Of a stretch of DNA of 64,000 bases, positions 1-15,264 are shown piece after piece. Numbering within the stretch: position 1 is the first letter of the stretch; each line of letters begins with the position of its first letter. Origin of the DNA: Veleropilina oligotropha. Taxonomy: Eukaryota. Made by a program: the position numbers and the translations under genes. The DNA is taken from the NCBI GenBank assembly GCA_048128005.1, contig JBEUKZ010000013.1:62001-126000 (forward strand), given 5' to 3'. The notes beneath the pieces are model-generated. The model was not told where the DNA came from. It was given only the letters and a program-made list of their open reading frames with translations, and made no database searches.

Positions 1-2949
1 CCCATACACCATAGGTCCACGTTCAAGTTCACTCTGCGAAGAGCATTTCAAGGCTACGTGTGCACGAGAAAGGTGTAGAATATTCTCATAAGAATGATAT
101 ATTTTGTCATTTGATCAGTGATTGACCATCACTAATCTAATGACAAAATAAAAAATCAGCTATTGCTACATCGTCACAATCATGATAATTAAATAATTTT
201 GTAAATTATAATAGCTTTAATAATATGATAGGGTACATTGACACATTTATATTGACAGATGACTGGGCATTGCCTTCTGGAGCCATTATATATATACGAC
301 AGGTCGATCTGCGAAAGCCAAAACTGATCAAAACGTTAACGTGAACGTGTAACTGGTTGCCAATGGACACCCATCTAATTGACCCTGTTCACGTTACAGG
401 TACACGTACACGGGACATTTGCGAAACCTCTCTAATATGCCAAATGATGACAACGTAATATTTTACTCAACTGCATTCTGTCTGTTATTGAAAGATAAAT
501 AAGCAATAATATTGTGTCTACCAATGTTTTCGTGTGGATAGCATTGGGTGACAATTTTAAAATGATATTTTAATTCATTACTTACCATTTTCAATATATT
601 ATAGCATTATTGTGTGCTTCCAGTGTGCCGCGATATCTTGAATGATACAACAGATAATGAAACCAGTAGGTATTACAGTGGAAATTCCGAATACCCATGC
701 AGTTTCAATTTCTATTCCGTTTCCGTGCTAGTCTAAACATGACGTAACTCGTTACTGCCGACCAACCATATATAGCGCCGCGGATTCTTCATTAACCAGG
801 CCACAAAACCTGCTTCAGAGTGCCTGAGAAGATATTTTGCAACGAAACGAACACATTTTTTATTTTTTTCATTTCTCAAAGGGGGGGGTCCGGACCCCAT
901 GGACCCCCCGTCCGGACCCCATGGACCCCCCCTCTGTATCCGCCTATGCAAGTTATTTCTAATATCTTGCCTGTATGGTGATCTGCAAAGTTGTTAACCT
1001 ATAATATGCAGTAGATTACGGCTTGCATTTTTAATCCAATATTTGTTATAATCCGGTATATTTAATTAATCAATGAGCATTTTGCTATTTTGAATCAAAT
1101 TTGTACAAATCTACGAACGTATGACCTCGAAATGTGAACGGAAGGAGCACGCGCGGCTACCATGTCTGGTCCATTTTAACGTCATGGGGGTGTCAGCTAT
1201 TATAACTACTGCATAGTAGACTAAATTTAATCAGCTGTATTAAAATAAAGTATTTGATGTTAAGAAAGGTACCATTATATTATTTTTGATGTACTTAATA
1301 CATGTTACTACAGTACTGTACCGTATATAGTTACGTAATTAAATTAGATCCTGCCCAAACCCCCGTGACGTAGGCCGGACCATTCAATAGACAATAGACA
1401 ATAGACAAATTTATTTACACATAATTCTTAATACAGCTGGTTTCATGTGTACATAACATTGTAAAAACAGAATTTGTGAGGGATACTAAAATAACCATAC
1501 GGTTTCCTAGTTAGTATAAAAATATTAATACACATTATTTTTTATTATGATAAATGCTGAAAAGTTTATATTTTCCATCAATGCATATTTATAAAGTTAA
1601 ACGAGGAATAGATCAATATATATGCAGTTTTGAGAAATATATATATATATGTTCTTACATGTGTATTATTGTGAATAAAGTAAATGCTGTATACAAAATG
1701 CAAATGATATGTATTGTTTTATTTTTTATCAGAACATCAGGGATTTATCGTCTGTATGGATTATACATAGAAAGCCAAATGGCTAAAAGGATCACCAGAA
1801 GTCCGAATTGTGGCTTCCTGCCATTGTGGCACCATTGTGACGTTGCATCATTTGCTTTTACACAACTTTTATCTGTAGATTGTGACCCTTCCGAATTACT
1901 AGACCCGTAGTCAAATTTTTTTTGAGGATTAGTCAAATTAACTAGTTTCAAAGTCAAATTTACTTTTTTCCTAGTCATTTTGACTATTTGCATAGTCGTT
2001 CTATGGACAGTCAATTTGACTTTTTAAGCTAGTCAGCTTGACTAGGTATTTCTTTCAGTGTATTTAAACTCACCCAAAATGTGAATTTATGAAAAAAAAT
2101 CCTGAAAATTGCGATTTTATTAAAAAAATATAACCAACAGATCCCTCCAAAATACAAATTTAAAAAAGTTACCCAAAAATGTGATTTATTGAACAAATTA
2201 AAAGATCCCAATAAAAAATATGACTTTTTCAGTATATAACTTGACCTGCTTTTAATCAATCGAAGACGATGAATTACCATAAAAAAACTAGAAAAACTAT
2301 ATTCCGCGTAATTTCCAATACGTAAATATAGGTTATATCACGAGGTTTGGATTTCTAATCGTATAACTCCGCAGTTAAGCCACAAGGGCTTGCGCAGAGA
2401 TGTTTAATTGCACTGGCCGCTCCATTCAGACAACAAAAAACAAGTGACATAACACATTTAAACTATTGCAAAAATGAAAACTAATTTACAATATATGATT
2501 ACAAATTAGAATAGACTCATTTTTACTTTAGTGTTAGATGTAGGTCCCCGTAGTCTAACTAACAATATGGCTATTGTAAATCACGGGCAATAGAATGACT
2601 TCATAACAATGATGAACAATTTGTAAACTTTTGATCCTATGTTCACCCTTACTATGCGTGTTATCTACCGGAATTTTAATATTAGTGGGAAAAGATGCAA
2701 TCAAAATAGGTTGCCAACATCAAATCATATCAGATAATATGTATACATATTGTATGCAAACAGTGTCTAGATAGAGGTGCATTGCTAACAATTTTATTAA
2801 CAAGGAAATGTCTAAAATAATAAAATAAAGAATTCGTTCATTAATCATGTTTTAATTGTTTACTTTGCGGTTGTTTTATATGGTGCATGGATATAATAAT
2901 ATATTTACATTATACTAGTCCTGAATAAACAAGAGTCATCAGAAGAAGA

Positions 2950-5620
2950 CATTTTAAATTTAAATTTTTAAATAGATTTAAATAGAATTTGTTTGGGTTT
3001 AGGAAGTGCATTACTGCCACTCATATAAAAACCCATTGTCGTTTCTGGTCATCTATAGCCTGCCCTGTTTCTTAAAATAATCATCTATGTGGTTTTTAAA
3101 TTGGTTTACAGATGTTGATTCTACTACATTACTAGGAAGACTGTTCCATTCATCGACAACCCGATTTGAGAAAAAGTGTTTCCTAACGTCGAGCCGGAAT
3201 CTTTTTTTGTAAACTTTGTATTTATGGCCCCTGGTCGGTCTTTGGTTCATCTGAAAAAAGAAAGTACTGTCAACATTGTCTTTTCCTGTAAACATTTTAA
3301 ATACCTGAATCATATCCCCCCGTGTCCTTCTCAAAGACAATGTTGTGAGGTTAAGTGCCCTTAGTCTATCCTCATAAGGTAATTCTCTCAATTCGCCTAT
3401 CAATTTTGTGGCTCTTCTTTGAACTTGTTCAAGAATTTTGATATCCTTTGCAAGATATGGGCTCCATGCTTGCACTGCATATTCTAGATGCGGTCTAACC
3501 ATTTGCTTGTATAAGCGTGTTATGATGACTCTGGATTTAAAATTAAAGTTTCTCTTTATCATTCCCAATATTTGATTTCCCTTTTTAGCTGATTCTGCAC
3601 ATTGATTTGATGGTTTAAACGTATTGTCTACCCATACACCCAAATCTTTCTCTTGTGTTACTACTTCTAAGGTATCTGAACCCATTTTATAATTGAAAGT
3701 TTTGTTGTTATAACCCGCATGCAATACCTTACATTTACTGGTGTTAAAAAGCATTTGCCAATCCTCTGACCATTTTACCAGATTGTTTAAATCACTTTGA
3801 AGTGTTTTTGCATCTTCTTCAGTTTCAACAATTCTGTACAATTTGGTATCGTCTGCAAACTTTTTTACAAGAGACGTAATGACGTCATCAATGTCATTTA
3901 AATATATAAGAAACAGCAATGGGCCCAAAACAGAACCTTGTGGGACTCCACTTAGTACCGGCTCCCACTTTGACTTGATCCCATTTATTACAACCCTCTG
4001 TTTTCTATTTTATAGCCACATCCTTATCCAGTTTAATATTGGACCTTTCAGACCATGGTTACTTAATTTTTGTATCAGCCGTTTATGTGGTACTTTGTCG
4101 AATGCCTTTTGAAAATCAAGATATATTATATCAACTGGTTTGCCCGTATCTATGGCGGTTGTTACATCTTCAAAAAATTCCAGTAAGTTGGTTAAACAAG
4201 ACCGTTTCGCCATAAACCCATGCTGACTAAGGTTTAGCAAGTCAAATTTATTAATGTGTTGTAAGATAGCATCCTTTAAGATAGATTCCATGATCTTGCC
4301 TACTATTGATGTCATACTAATAGGTCGATAATTTTGGGTGTTTGACCTACTTCCCTTCTTAAAGATTGGGGTAATATTACCAATTTTCCAGTCATCAGGC
4401 AAACTTCCTTCTTTTAATGATTTATTGAATATCATGGTTAATGGCTTTACTAATTCTTCCTTACCGGCTTTCAGCAATTTGGGATATATATTGTCCGGAC
4501 CTGGAGCTTTACTGACATTTAGTAAGTTTATCTTTTTTTCAACCATTTCAGTCGTAATCTCAATACTTTCACAAAAGTTTTCCTTTTCTCGAAAGATATG
4601 TTTTTCTGGTGGCATGTTTACCGTATCCTCCAACGTATAGACAGATGCAAAATATTTGTTTAAGGATTCTGCGATTTGTGAATCATCTGATATAGAATTT
4701 CCATTTTCATCTTTCAGGGGACCTACGACATCTTTTGTTTTTTGTTTTGACCTAATATAAGCATAAAATGATTTTGGATTTTCTTTGATGTTTTTTGCTA
4801 TATTTTCTTCAAAACATTTCTTGGCTGCTCGGATTTCTTTTTTACACGTTTTCTCACATTCTTTATATTTTTGGTGGTCATCTGTGTCATGTGACTCCCT
4901 GTATCGTTTCCAACGCTTATATTTCCTTCTGATAATTTTTCTTACTTTCCTGGTTAGCCATGGTGGTGAATGCTGTTTGCGTCTACACTTTAGTGGAACA
5001 TTTACTTTCATTATTTCTTCGATGTTAATTCGAAAAGTTTCCCAACCTTCTTTAGCATTTAGGTTTTCAAATTCTCCCCAGTTTATATTTCGGAAATCTG
5101 ACTTAATTTTGTCAAAGTCTGCTTTACGAAAATCTGGTATTTCTTGTTTGCTTGTTTTCATAGTTGTTTTTGTGTGTAGCTGAAATTCAATCAAGTCATG
5201 ATCACTACTTCCAAGTTTACCAATTCTGCTTATGTTTTGAACCATATTTAATTCACTGGAAAACACTAAATCTAATACATTGTTACCTCTAGTTGGGAAA
5301 TCCACATGTTGATGCATAAATCCATTTTGCATTGTTGTTAAAAAGTCATTGCCTGCTTTCGCACTATGCAAATTTTTCCAACTTATATCCGGGTAGTTAA
5401 AGTCTCCCATAACTAATACGTTTAGTTTACAGTTACTCACTCTCGCTAACGTTTTGTTTAAGTTAGCACTATTCTCTTCTGGGCTATTTGGTGAACGGTA
5501 AATAAAACCGACAATTGTGGAATCTCTTTTATTACTGGCCAAAATTTCGCACCAAACTGAATTTTGAAAAGAGTTTATTTTAAAATCGTCACGAGAAACA
5601 TAATTTAGTTCTTCTTTTAT
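2950..5620 (-). mobile_element. CR1-clade LINE, 5'-truncated; ORF2 (APE endonuclease C-half + reverse transcriptase) interrupted by one in-frame TAA at 4010-4012
   Basis: ORFs 4010..5701 and 3053..3928 are in the same frame. Motifs GDFNYPDI, SDH, KAPGPD, YRPIS, DFQKAFDKVPH, GVPQGSVLGP, FADDTK, HFFSNRVV..WN.LP. Short AT-rich repeat tail near 2950-2990. Confidence 0.93.
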
Positions 5621-5759
5621 CCCCCAATTGAACGTTAATTGAAACACTACATCCCTGCTTTTAAGTTGAAGCAAGAAGACAGAGCCACCAATATCCCCCA
5701 TAATGGCAAATTGACAATTACTATATGCTGTATGTCCTTTAAACTACAATAGCATAAGT

Positions 5760-6760
5760 TTAATATCGTTGTTTCAAATAAAAACAAGGGAATAACTACA
5801 TCAATCATCGCAGGAAAACATCAACATTGGCAGACGGCACCAGTTATCCAACTACTGAACACAACCACTGAGATTCAAAAAGATCAAATGATTTAAGAGA
5901 TATGCTGAGGAAAAGATAAATAACAAGCCTAGGACAACAACTCTGTCATAAATGACTGCACATCATCAAAATTAGGAATCGGCATGGGCTAACCAACTAC
6001 TGAATACACCCAGCAAGTTTTGTAAAGATAAGGAAAGCACTTTATGACAGATAATCCGGAAAACATTTTTTACGAATTTAAGGCAAGGGCAATAACTCTG
6101 TTAATATATACCGCACAAGTGTTGAACGCCAAAATCAGCAAAAGGTATCAGTTAACCAATTATTCAATGCAAATGTCATAGATATATATGCTATGCAGTT
6201 TATGAGACACGCCCAAAAAAGAAAACATTAACGAACTTATAACAAGGGCAATAACAAAGTAGAAATTAGAAAAAGGCATCAGTTCACCAAATACTGAATA
6301 CAGCTACCAAATTTCATAAAGATATACCAATAGGATAAATTATGAGATACGCTCCGAAAATGAGAACATGTATCAACAAATTTACAACAAGGGCAATGAT
6401 TCTGTTATTAATCGCAGTACAACGTTGTAATTAGCAAAAGGCACCAGTTCACCGACTACTTAATACAGTTACACCCAGCAAGCTTCGTAAAGTTATGTCG
6501 CGCGGTGTAAGAGATATGATCGGGAAGAGAAAATATTAACGAATTAGCAACAAGGGAAGTAACTCAGCTAATAATTGCAGCACAACGCGAAACTGGAAAA
6601 AGACACCAGTACACCAACTAATTAATACACCCAGCAAGTTTCATAAAGTTATGTCGAGCGATGGAAGAGATATGCTCCGGAAACGATATTGATTACATAG
6701 ACTGACAGACACACTGGGCCATCGCAAGATACCCCCGTTTTTAACCGGGGGATAAAAAGG
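5760..6760 (-). repeat. Degenerate tandem array (~120-bp units) of a non-autonomous Helentron/DINE-like element
   Basis: Recurrent caagggcaataac / caccagt..accaactact.aataca / gagatatgctccgg motifs, ending at a hairpin (cccccg..cggggg, ~6732-6751) next to a gaca-type microsatellite. Confidence 0.5.
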
Positions 6761-8198
6761 TACATATTATGTTGAGCTCTATAGGCTAACCCGTGTGTAG
6801 AAAATAATGAATTCTCAACAAAATCGTATCTGGGATTGATTTGGCCCAAAGTGCTTCATTTGGTTATGGGTAATAATATGGTCGGTTATGGTAATATCAT
6901 ATTTTATATTTTATTTATGTGCCAAGAGTGTCAAGCGGAAGCTCTTGCACATAAAAATGCACATGACATGCGCATAGTGCCTATGATAAACAACGAAAAG
7001 TTTTAATGTTCAAATCTCCGATAATCGTTAGTGTAAATGTGACGATTATCGGCGATCAGGCTACATTTCAAATTCGGTCGAATGTGGTCTTTGCATCATT
7101 CCGAATGATTCGGAGAATAGCAGAGTTTACCGATCGAATCAAACTAAGGCCAAGCCACAGAACGGTGACATTTCAATAAAATTAAGTCAATAAACTAGTT
7201 GGAAGAAGGAATGCTGTTTTATTAAATATTTGTTTTAAACTTTGTAATTAGTTTAAATCAAAGTGCTGAAGCACTGAAATGTCGGAAAGCCAAAGAGTAT
7301 TGATTGCGCAACAAGAATTCTTAACATACTTATTGTCAAAGTTGCAATAGCTTAAGAAGTTGTATTTTTAATAACAAACATTTATAACAGCATGGTGGGA
7401 ATTAAAAATAATTGAGCATTTCCATGGACCTTCATGGCAAATCTTGTTGCTTGACACACAATTTTCTTCTTTGAACATGGGATGCACAAGTGGTGAAAGT
7501 GACTGACATTTTTACGGAAGTTGTGATTGGACAAAATGTAAATTTGATGACATTTTCCAAAAGCTAGATATATGTTTCCGACATAATAATTAGCATATAT
7601 ACGATAATATTTAACGGTATTTCATATGTTGCCTACATATATATGCTATATATGAGTGCTCGTTTCTAGGTAGCACCTACAATAGATTAATTACCAATTT
7701 GCGACATCCCACACACAAATGTTCGAAATTACTGAGAGCCGATGTACTCGCATTATTTATCCGTCATGAATTCCGGTCAAATTGTCGTATTTACGATTTA
7801 TAAGACCCAACATGATAATAAATACCTCTTTTTCTTATTGACCACATCTCTGTTAACACAGTAAGGACAGATTTAAGGCTCATAATCATTGAATATTACC
7901 TTTTTGAAGTGAATATATTGTGTCAATACATCGATATCGCCATACTTTTCAACGCGGTGATCCGATTAAATAAAATTGTTTACGGGCGACACAACACATA
8001 TCCCACACAACGGCGACCGATATTGGCTAATGTGCACGGAGCCTATTTATTTCGCACGGTCTGTCTTATTATGATATCACAAAGCATACTCCATTTCCCA
8101 TATATATGTTTTAATATTTTCTATGAATGTAGGCCCTATTCGTACCAAAATAAAGTGCTGTGTGAATTATATCAGAATCGGTGCTATATATATTATAT

Positions 8199-8358
<160 letters not shown>

Positions 8359-10279
8359 GAATAAATAACTTTGGCACCTTTAAGACTAACTTAAATTTAA
8401 TTATATCCTCGAGCTTTCGAAACAAATGTTTCTTCGTCAGAAGTTTAAGATGGAATACAATAATTGAAAGATAGCACCATAGCAATACAACGTCTACCTA
8501 TGACGTCAGAAAAGGTGACGTCACGCCATACACATGCAATGGGTAAGCAATGTCTACAGGCATAAATATATACAGCAAATGACATATGTAATACATTAAA
8601 AATATGAAACACATTATTGTATTGTGGATATTTGAAAGACAATTCAGATACGGTAAGTGCTAGGAAATCACACATGAATGTTATTACCTAGTTATAATAA
8701 TGTAATATTAAGCATAAATTAATGTATTAATTATAATGGGACATAAATCCATAGTCTATATTCAAGCCTTTGCGCACCGTGTCCAATTGTCTGATAATAC
8801 GTTGCTCTTCGGTTTCGCGTTCTATTCGGCTGTGGAAATTTTTCATTACCAATATCGAAAATTGAAATCTTTTAAACTATGTTCCGGAAGATTGAAATGT
8901 TCGGCGACAGGCTTTAGTGGACAGTTGTTTCGGATGTCCGATTTGTGGTTATTTATGCGTGAGCGGATTGTACGTCCAGTTTGCCCGACGTACACTGCGG
9001 ATGGGCATTTCTCGCATGTCACAGCATAAATTAGGTTGCTTGAGTTACAGTTACCACATATCTTGATGGTGAATATTTCGTTGTTCGGGCCCGTAATTTG
9101 TGAGTTTTTATTAACATGTTCACATAATTCACAAACAAATGACTTATCTCACACACTTATTCAGTCAGGCGATATTTAATATTTACTTACGGTTAAATTA
9201 AATATTACATTTTAATAAGCGGTGGATCACCGCAAAACATTGATACGATCTGACTTCACGCGTGACCGCATTCCTCTTGTTTATTTACATGCTGAACTAT
9301 TTGCCCTGGGACATCACTTCAAATTTCACAAATAAACTTACTAGGTATATGTGGTACATTTTATGTTAATCACAAGATAACATGTGGTTGCCAATCGTTA
9401 AATTAAAAATTAAGTCAAATAAACAAAATTAAATATGTCATGTCAAGAACGAGATTCGCCTCATGGCGGGGGCCACTCTGCTCGCATAGTCATAGTCTAG
9501 TCATAGTATATAAGCCTGGGCGTCGTTTCGTATTCTCTTTGCCTGGAGAGTGGGCGGGGGCAACGGCCGCAGAGACTGTGCGTGGACGCAAGGGAAATAA
9601 CTCGTCTCTGTTTTGGAGTCTGGGAAGGCTTGTGTTAATTAGCCTGATCACCGCATAGGAAAACATGGCGATGTCAATGAAGTGACGCGATATTCACGTT
9701 GGCAAAGTTAATATTATTCGATGACTGTAGGAGCTTTGAATATGTGAGTGTCTTTACTATTGTTAGCAAATATACAGGTGTTAATAAAGGGCGCCATATG
9801 TTGGTGCATCGGCTCTTTAAAACGTAACTAATGGAAATAATTTGACCGGAATTCATCGCGAGGAAATAATTCGAGCACATCGGTTCTCGGTAATTTCGAT
9901 CACATTTATTCGAATATTGGTAATTATTATTAACTTAAATTAATAACTGTGCCATTACTATCCAGTTTAATATTTATATTTTAATAATTTACATGTACCG
10001 GTAGCATCTAAAACGACTGCAAAATAAATATATGAAAACAAAATAATAAAAGTGGCAATTTCATGTCCATTTCCTAAAATTGGGCATTTTAAAGGTCTGT
10101 TAAAATTGAATATCGTAACAATTTGCTTATAATGTTTACATTTTGCCAATACATTTATGAACCAGCTAATCAGTATAACTTCATTGTATTTACAATGCGA
10201 GACAAAATATTGCACTATGCGAAATTTGGGTGTTCTGAAATTGTTGCTTCATAAAGCATTTCAATTCACCACAACAGTT

Positions 10280-12194
10280 AGTCCTATCTTGTTCAATTGC
10301 TATATGAGACCATTGTGTGATGTCATTAAGAAACATCAAGTTCAGATGCATATGTACTCCGATGATACACAAATATATGTCGCATTCAACCCGGTGGATA
10401 ATCTGGCTGCATCCGCTTCCGTAGATGCTCTTCTGAATTGTATATCTGATATCGAGGATTGGATGAATTCTAGCAAACTGAAACTGAATGATGAAAAAAA
10501 ACTGAATTCATAATTATTGGAAAAAGACCCAAAGACATAAAATAGCATTCAACTCAATGTGCTGCGGAAATGCTGTCGTTAAAGCTAAGACTGTTTTAAG
10601 AAATCTTGGAGTTATCATGGATAATGACATGTCTATGCTTCCCAACGTAATTGTTATCTGCAAATCAGCATATTTCCACCTGCACAACATTGCCAAAATT
10701 CGCAAATATCTTTCATCTGAAGCCACAGCAAGTCTTATCCACGCATTCATGTCTTCGAGATTAGACTACTGCAACAGCCTCTTATCCAGCCTACCTGAAT
10801 ATCATTTGTCAAAATTACAACTTGTGCAGAATGCCGAAGCTCGTATTGTAACTGGTACAAAAAAGTTCGAACACATACGCCAGTCCTGCGTAACCAGCAC
10901 TGGCTCCCAATTAATGCGAGAATAATGTACAAAATTATTTTGCTTACGTTCAAAGCACAACATGGCCTAGCACCGGAATATATCATCAATCTGATTAATC
11001 CGCATACAGCCACTCGACCCCTTCGCTCTTGTCTGTCGAACAGTTTGGACGTTCCCAGGTCGCGACTAAAATCTGCTGGTGACAGGGCTTTCAGTGTTGC
11101 TGCCCCGAAGTTGTGGAATGCCCTGCCAGATAAAGTGAGAAGTTCAAATACCCTTAGTACATTTAAGAAACATTTAAAAACACATCTTTTTAATATTAAA
11201 GATGCAGGATCTACTTCAGATCGCTAAAACGTATTTAAATGCTGTTCTCTCTTACACTTTCTGCATTGATTTATTGCATATAGTTAGGACGTTTCAGAGA
11301 TTACCACACACGGCAAATTTTTTTTTCACTTAGTAATAAATATTTGAACTTTTTTTATTGAATTATGAGATCGATCTCATAATTCGAGCCGATTGTACGT
11401 GAGATTTATACGGAAATGCACGACGGCTCAACACGTCACTTAGCTCCGCCCTAAATCACTCTCGCGATCTACCGGGTCATTTCAAGGTCGACCTTGTCTG
11501 AGTTTGTTTATATCGGTTTCCATGGCGGATGTCGACACGAGAAAGAGAGGCAGGCCGCCGTATCTACTGTGAAATGGATGTACGTGAAAAACTTGAAATA
11601 ATAAATATCGCTATAAATGAAAATTGGATGCGGCTACTTCAGCTTGTAAACAAACAGTGAAGCACTTGAAACAGTGAACGCCCACGACATTACAATGTCG
11701 CGGTTTGTGAAATAAACACTGACCTAGATCCAACGCCATTTGCTTGCTTGGCATGTCAATCATATCGACGGGACCACGTGACGTTTGACCCAATAACGAT
11801 AAATGGGATAAGATGGCGTTCGGAAGTTGATGCGCTCGAATAAAATACCACGTCGGCTGAAGCGATTATTAAATGCCAGCAACACCTTTTGTTGCATTTT
11901 AACTTTTCCTTCGTCCTAAAAACATGTCATGTATGGATACCATATCGTATTTATAGTTTTCTTTTATATGAAATATCATACGAATGTAGATTCAGCATCT
12001 TTAATTGATAAGTTTTATTATTTTATTTTGTCTCATTGAGTATTTTATTATTGTATGATCTTGCATTGGTATGTTTTTATTATTTTTATTTTATTAACAT
12101 TGTTTATTATCCTATATTTTATGTAATGCGCATTTGAACACATTCGTGTAAACTGCGCAATATAAATGCTATATTATTTATTATTATTATTATT
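10280..12194 (+). mobile_element. Degenerate, 5'-truncated L2-clade LINE (RT C-terminus + 3' UTR), interrupted by a MITE
   Basis: Frameshifted pieces YSDDTQIY, KLKLN, SRLDYCNSLL, GDRAFSVAAPKLWNALP. 3' hairpin (gcgca..tgcgc) and (ATT)n tail at ~12125-12194. Confidence 0.88.
11200..12000. mobile_element. Non-autonomous DNA transposon (Kolobok-like MITE) with TTAA target duplication
   Basis: TTAA|AGATGCAGGATCTAC ... GTAGATTCAGCATCT|TTAA imperfect inverted termini. It splits the L2 just after its ORF2 C-terminal motif. Confidence 0.7.
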
Positions 12195-14602
12195 CACTTT
12201 GTTTATCATGTCATTATGTTTGATATTAGGCAACTCACAAAAAGAAACGGACAGAAGATCGGTACAGCATGTACAGTCTGTCATCACTCCACAATTAATT
12301 TTATTCTGTTAATCAGTTATTATTACTGCAAAGGCAATTTTTTCCGGGGGACCAAGTTTACCTTGCACGATAAAATGGACGTACAAATGTTAAGCTGTGG
12401 ATATGAGCAAGCCCGTATACATTTATTCATCACTTGCGCTTTTATGATCATACCACATATCATCTGGTGATTTTAACCAGGCACCCTAATGGAAATAATA
12501 AATTATTAATAGTTCATGCATGTATCGTAAGTGCTTGTTTCATGCAAATAAGGTCCAAACAATGTATTTGTTCCTGTTACCCGACCTTACCTAAAATTTC
12601 ATTCTCTACCGGGTACCCTGAATGCTGATCATTTTAAAGTGATATATTATTTAAAAAATTCAGCTATCCTCTGAGCGTGTTTCATCAATGTGATTATTAT
12701 TTGCTCTCTGTAAGAGATAAAGCCACACAGGACAGGAATCAAAACTGTTTGCTACCTTATAACACGGTAGCGTCGTCAATCTAAATTTCCAAAACTCAAA
12801 ATATCTACGCTACCTACCTACATACACTCATTCTTATGAGCATGTAACAGGAACAATTGATTTGTTTTGACCTACCTGTCATAATCCGGAATTAATCATT
12901 ATTTCAGTGTTTAATCCCTCTATTTATTCTACCATGACATCATGTTGTCTATTAATGTTAAATAGTTTGTATCCATAATATAAACGACAAAACTTTGTCA
13001 TCGTAACATGTGTACTCATATTGGAAAAAGTAATGTTATATCTCTAACAATAACAACTAGTGCTGATATTTACTGACTGGTGTAATGCGCTGTCTCCTCA
13101 TCAAGATAGTTGTGCCTTGTCATTAACATCGATTGTAAATCATGTGGATGCCTGATTCATTATTCATTTTATTTCTGTGCAAGTTACTAAAGAGAAACAA
13201 CGTGCTATAACAATTTCGCTGTCAGACTGGAGAGGTGTGTTTTCCACCACTCAAAGCGATATCAACTAACTCTTTATGGTGCTCTGAAGAAGGCCGCATA
13301 TTGGAAAGTTCATTGTACAGACAGTTTTAAATAAGGTGATGATATGTAACATCCTAGAACTTTTAATAAGTGTCCGAGACGAATCGTTCACGGACGTAAA
13401 TAAGCATAAACACCACGACCATCAACGCCACTGTCCCTTATGTGACATCATAAGACGTCCTAGGATTCTGGGCGACCGAGCTTTCCTAATATGGATATGT
13501 CCTTATTTGAATGAATGATCATGGTTGTAAATATACAGAACATTAATCATCGATCCTTTTTGGCTCGCATGCAACGCAGATGTGAGCCTATGTAATGATG
13601 ATGTGCGTGCGTCCGTCCGGCGGTCCGCAGTGAATGTTAAAGTTTTTCAATTATGCTATTTAGGCAATCCTGTGCTCTCTTTATCATAATTGTATTGTAG
13701 ATATTGTCTAATCCTATGTTGCACAACACTACACTATTAATATTGAATGTAATTTAAATACAATTTTCCTTCAAAATGCTGCTTTTGGACTTGAGACATT
13801 TTAAATGTTCAAGTTTTTCAATAATACTATATATAGGCAAATATGTGCACTCTTTATCATCGTATTATTTGACATAATGTCTACTGCAATATAGCCCTAC
13901 ACTATGACAGTAATATGGAATGTAATTTAAATCAAATTTTGCTTCAAAAGTGATACTTCTGGGAAATTATTTTGTTAAAGTTTTTCAATGATGCTATATA
14001 ATACCTGACATTGAAACTTTTTAGCATCATTGAACATTAATTTAGATATGTTTATTTCAATATCCCATGCCACCAGAGCAGTATTATTTAAGGTAAATTA
14101 AATCTATTTTATCTCAAAAATAGAAATTATGTGAGATTTTAACTTGGGAAATTTTATAAAGTTAAATGTTGAAGTTTTTTTTATCAAGGTTACACTCTCT
14201 TCATGCTTTCTATGTATGGCTTGCATGCAAAGCAGATGCAGGCCTATGTAATGATGATGTCCGTCTGTCTGTCTGGCTCTCCGATATGAATGTTAAGGTT
14301 TTTCAATCATGCTATATAGGCAACCATGTGCTCTCTTTTTATTGTAGATATGTCTATTTCCATGTTGCACAACACTATAACAGTAATATTGAATGTAATT
14401 TAAATAAAATTTTACTTCAAATTGCTGCTTTTGGACTTAGAAATATTGAATGTTAAAGTTTTAAATAATGCTTTTCAATATAGGCAAACATGTGCACTCT
14501 TTATCATCATTTGTATTCTTCTCCAATGCTACACGACACTATAACACTAATATTGAATGTAATTTAAATATAATTATACTTCAAAATACTAGTTCTGGAT
14601 TT

Positions 14603-14857
14603 GGCCGCTTCGTCAGCGCAGTAGGTAGAGTGTCCACTCTAAATTCACTGGCTTGATTCCGCTAATGCAAACAGTAGTGGGTTCAATACCTGGCTGAGGC
14701 ATTGAAATTTGTTCATGTTATGAATCACAGTTGTCTGTGACAGGCCGAAGAGGGCGGGTTTACCCGGGCGACCGGGGTTTCCTCCTGCGATAACACGGAC
14801 ATGTCCTGCCTTGAACCTCGATGTTGTAAATATACAGGATGTTAAGCATCATTCCTC
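14603..14857 (+). mobile_element. tRNA-derived SINE with 14-bp TSD
   Basis: A-box-like agcgcagtagg, B-box-like ggttcaatacc, central gggtttcctcc motif. TSD ctagttctggattt at 14589-14602 and 14858-14871. Related reverse-strand copies at ~46250-46500, 55340-55590, 56130-56310 and 56910-57000. Confidence 0.85.
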
Positions 14858-15264
14858 CTAGTTCTGGATTTAAAAATATTTTGTTAAAGTTTTGGTCAAA
14901 CTTTTCCGTTGATGCTATAATGTCTTTTTATCTTTAAATTCGATTAACATAATAGTATGTGTGCTTATGTACATAGTGCATGGCATGTGGTATACTGTAA
15001 CTTGTCAAATAAAATTTTAACACAGTCTTGTCTACGTCGCAATGTGTATGCCCGCGCCGAAGGCAAAAGGGCATATTGTTTCTGTACCGTCCAGCATCAA
15101 CAATTTGGTTAAAGTTTTTCGTTGAGTGTATATGGGTTTTCCAAGGGACTTTTTAGTGTATGTATGCTTTGTTATAGGTTATATGGATATCATCTGATAC
15201 TATGGCAATGATATTTAATACAATACAATAGAAGTTTAGGTGAATTTTACGTTAAAGTTGTTTG

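Noticed and set aside
5620..5701. Apparent N-terminus (MGDIGGSVF...) of the 563-aa ORF
   Set aside because: Read-through into flanking DNA beyond the CR1 5' truncation point.
14603..14700. Possible tRNA gene
   Set aside because: The A/B boxes belong to a SINE head with a TSD and multiple dispersed copies; no clean cloverleaf.
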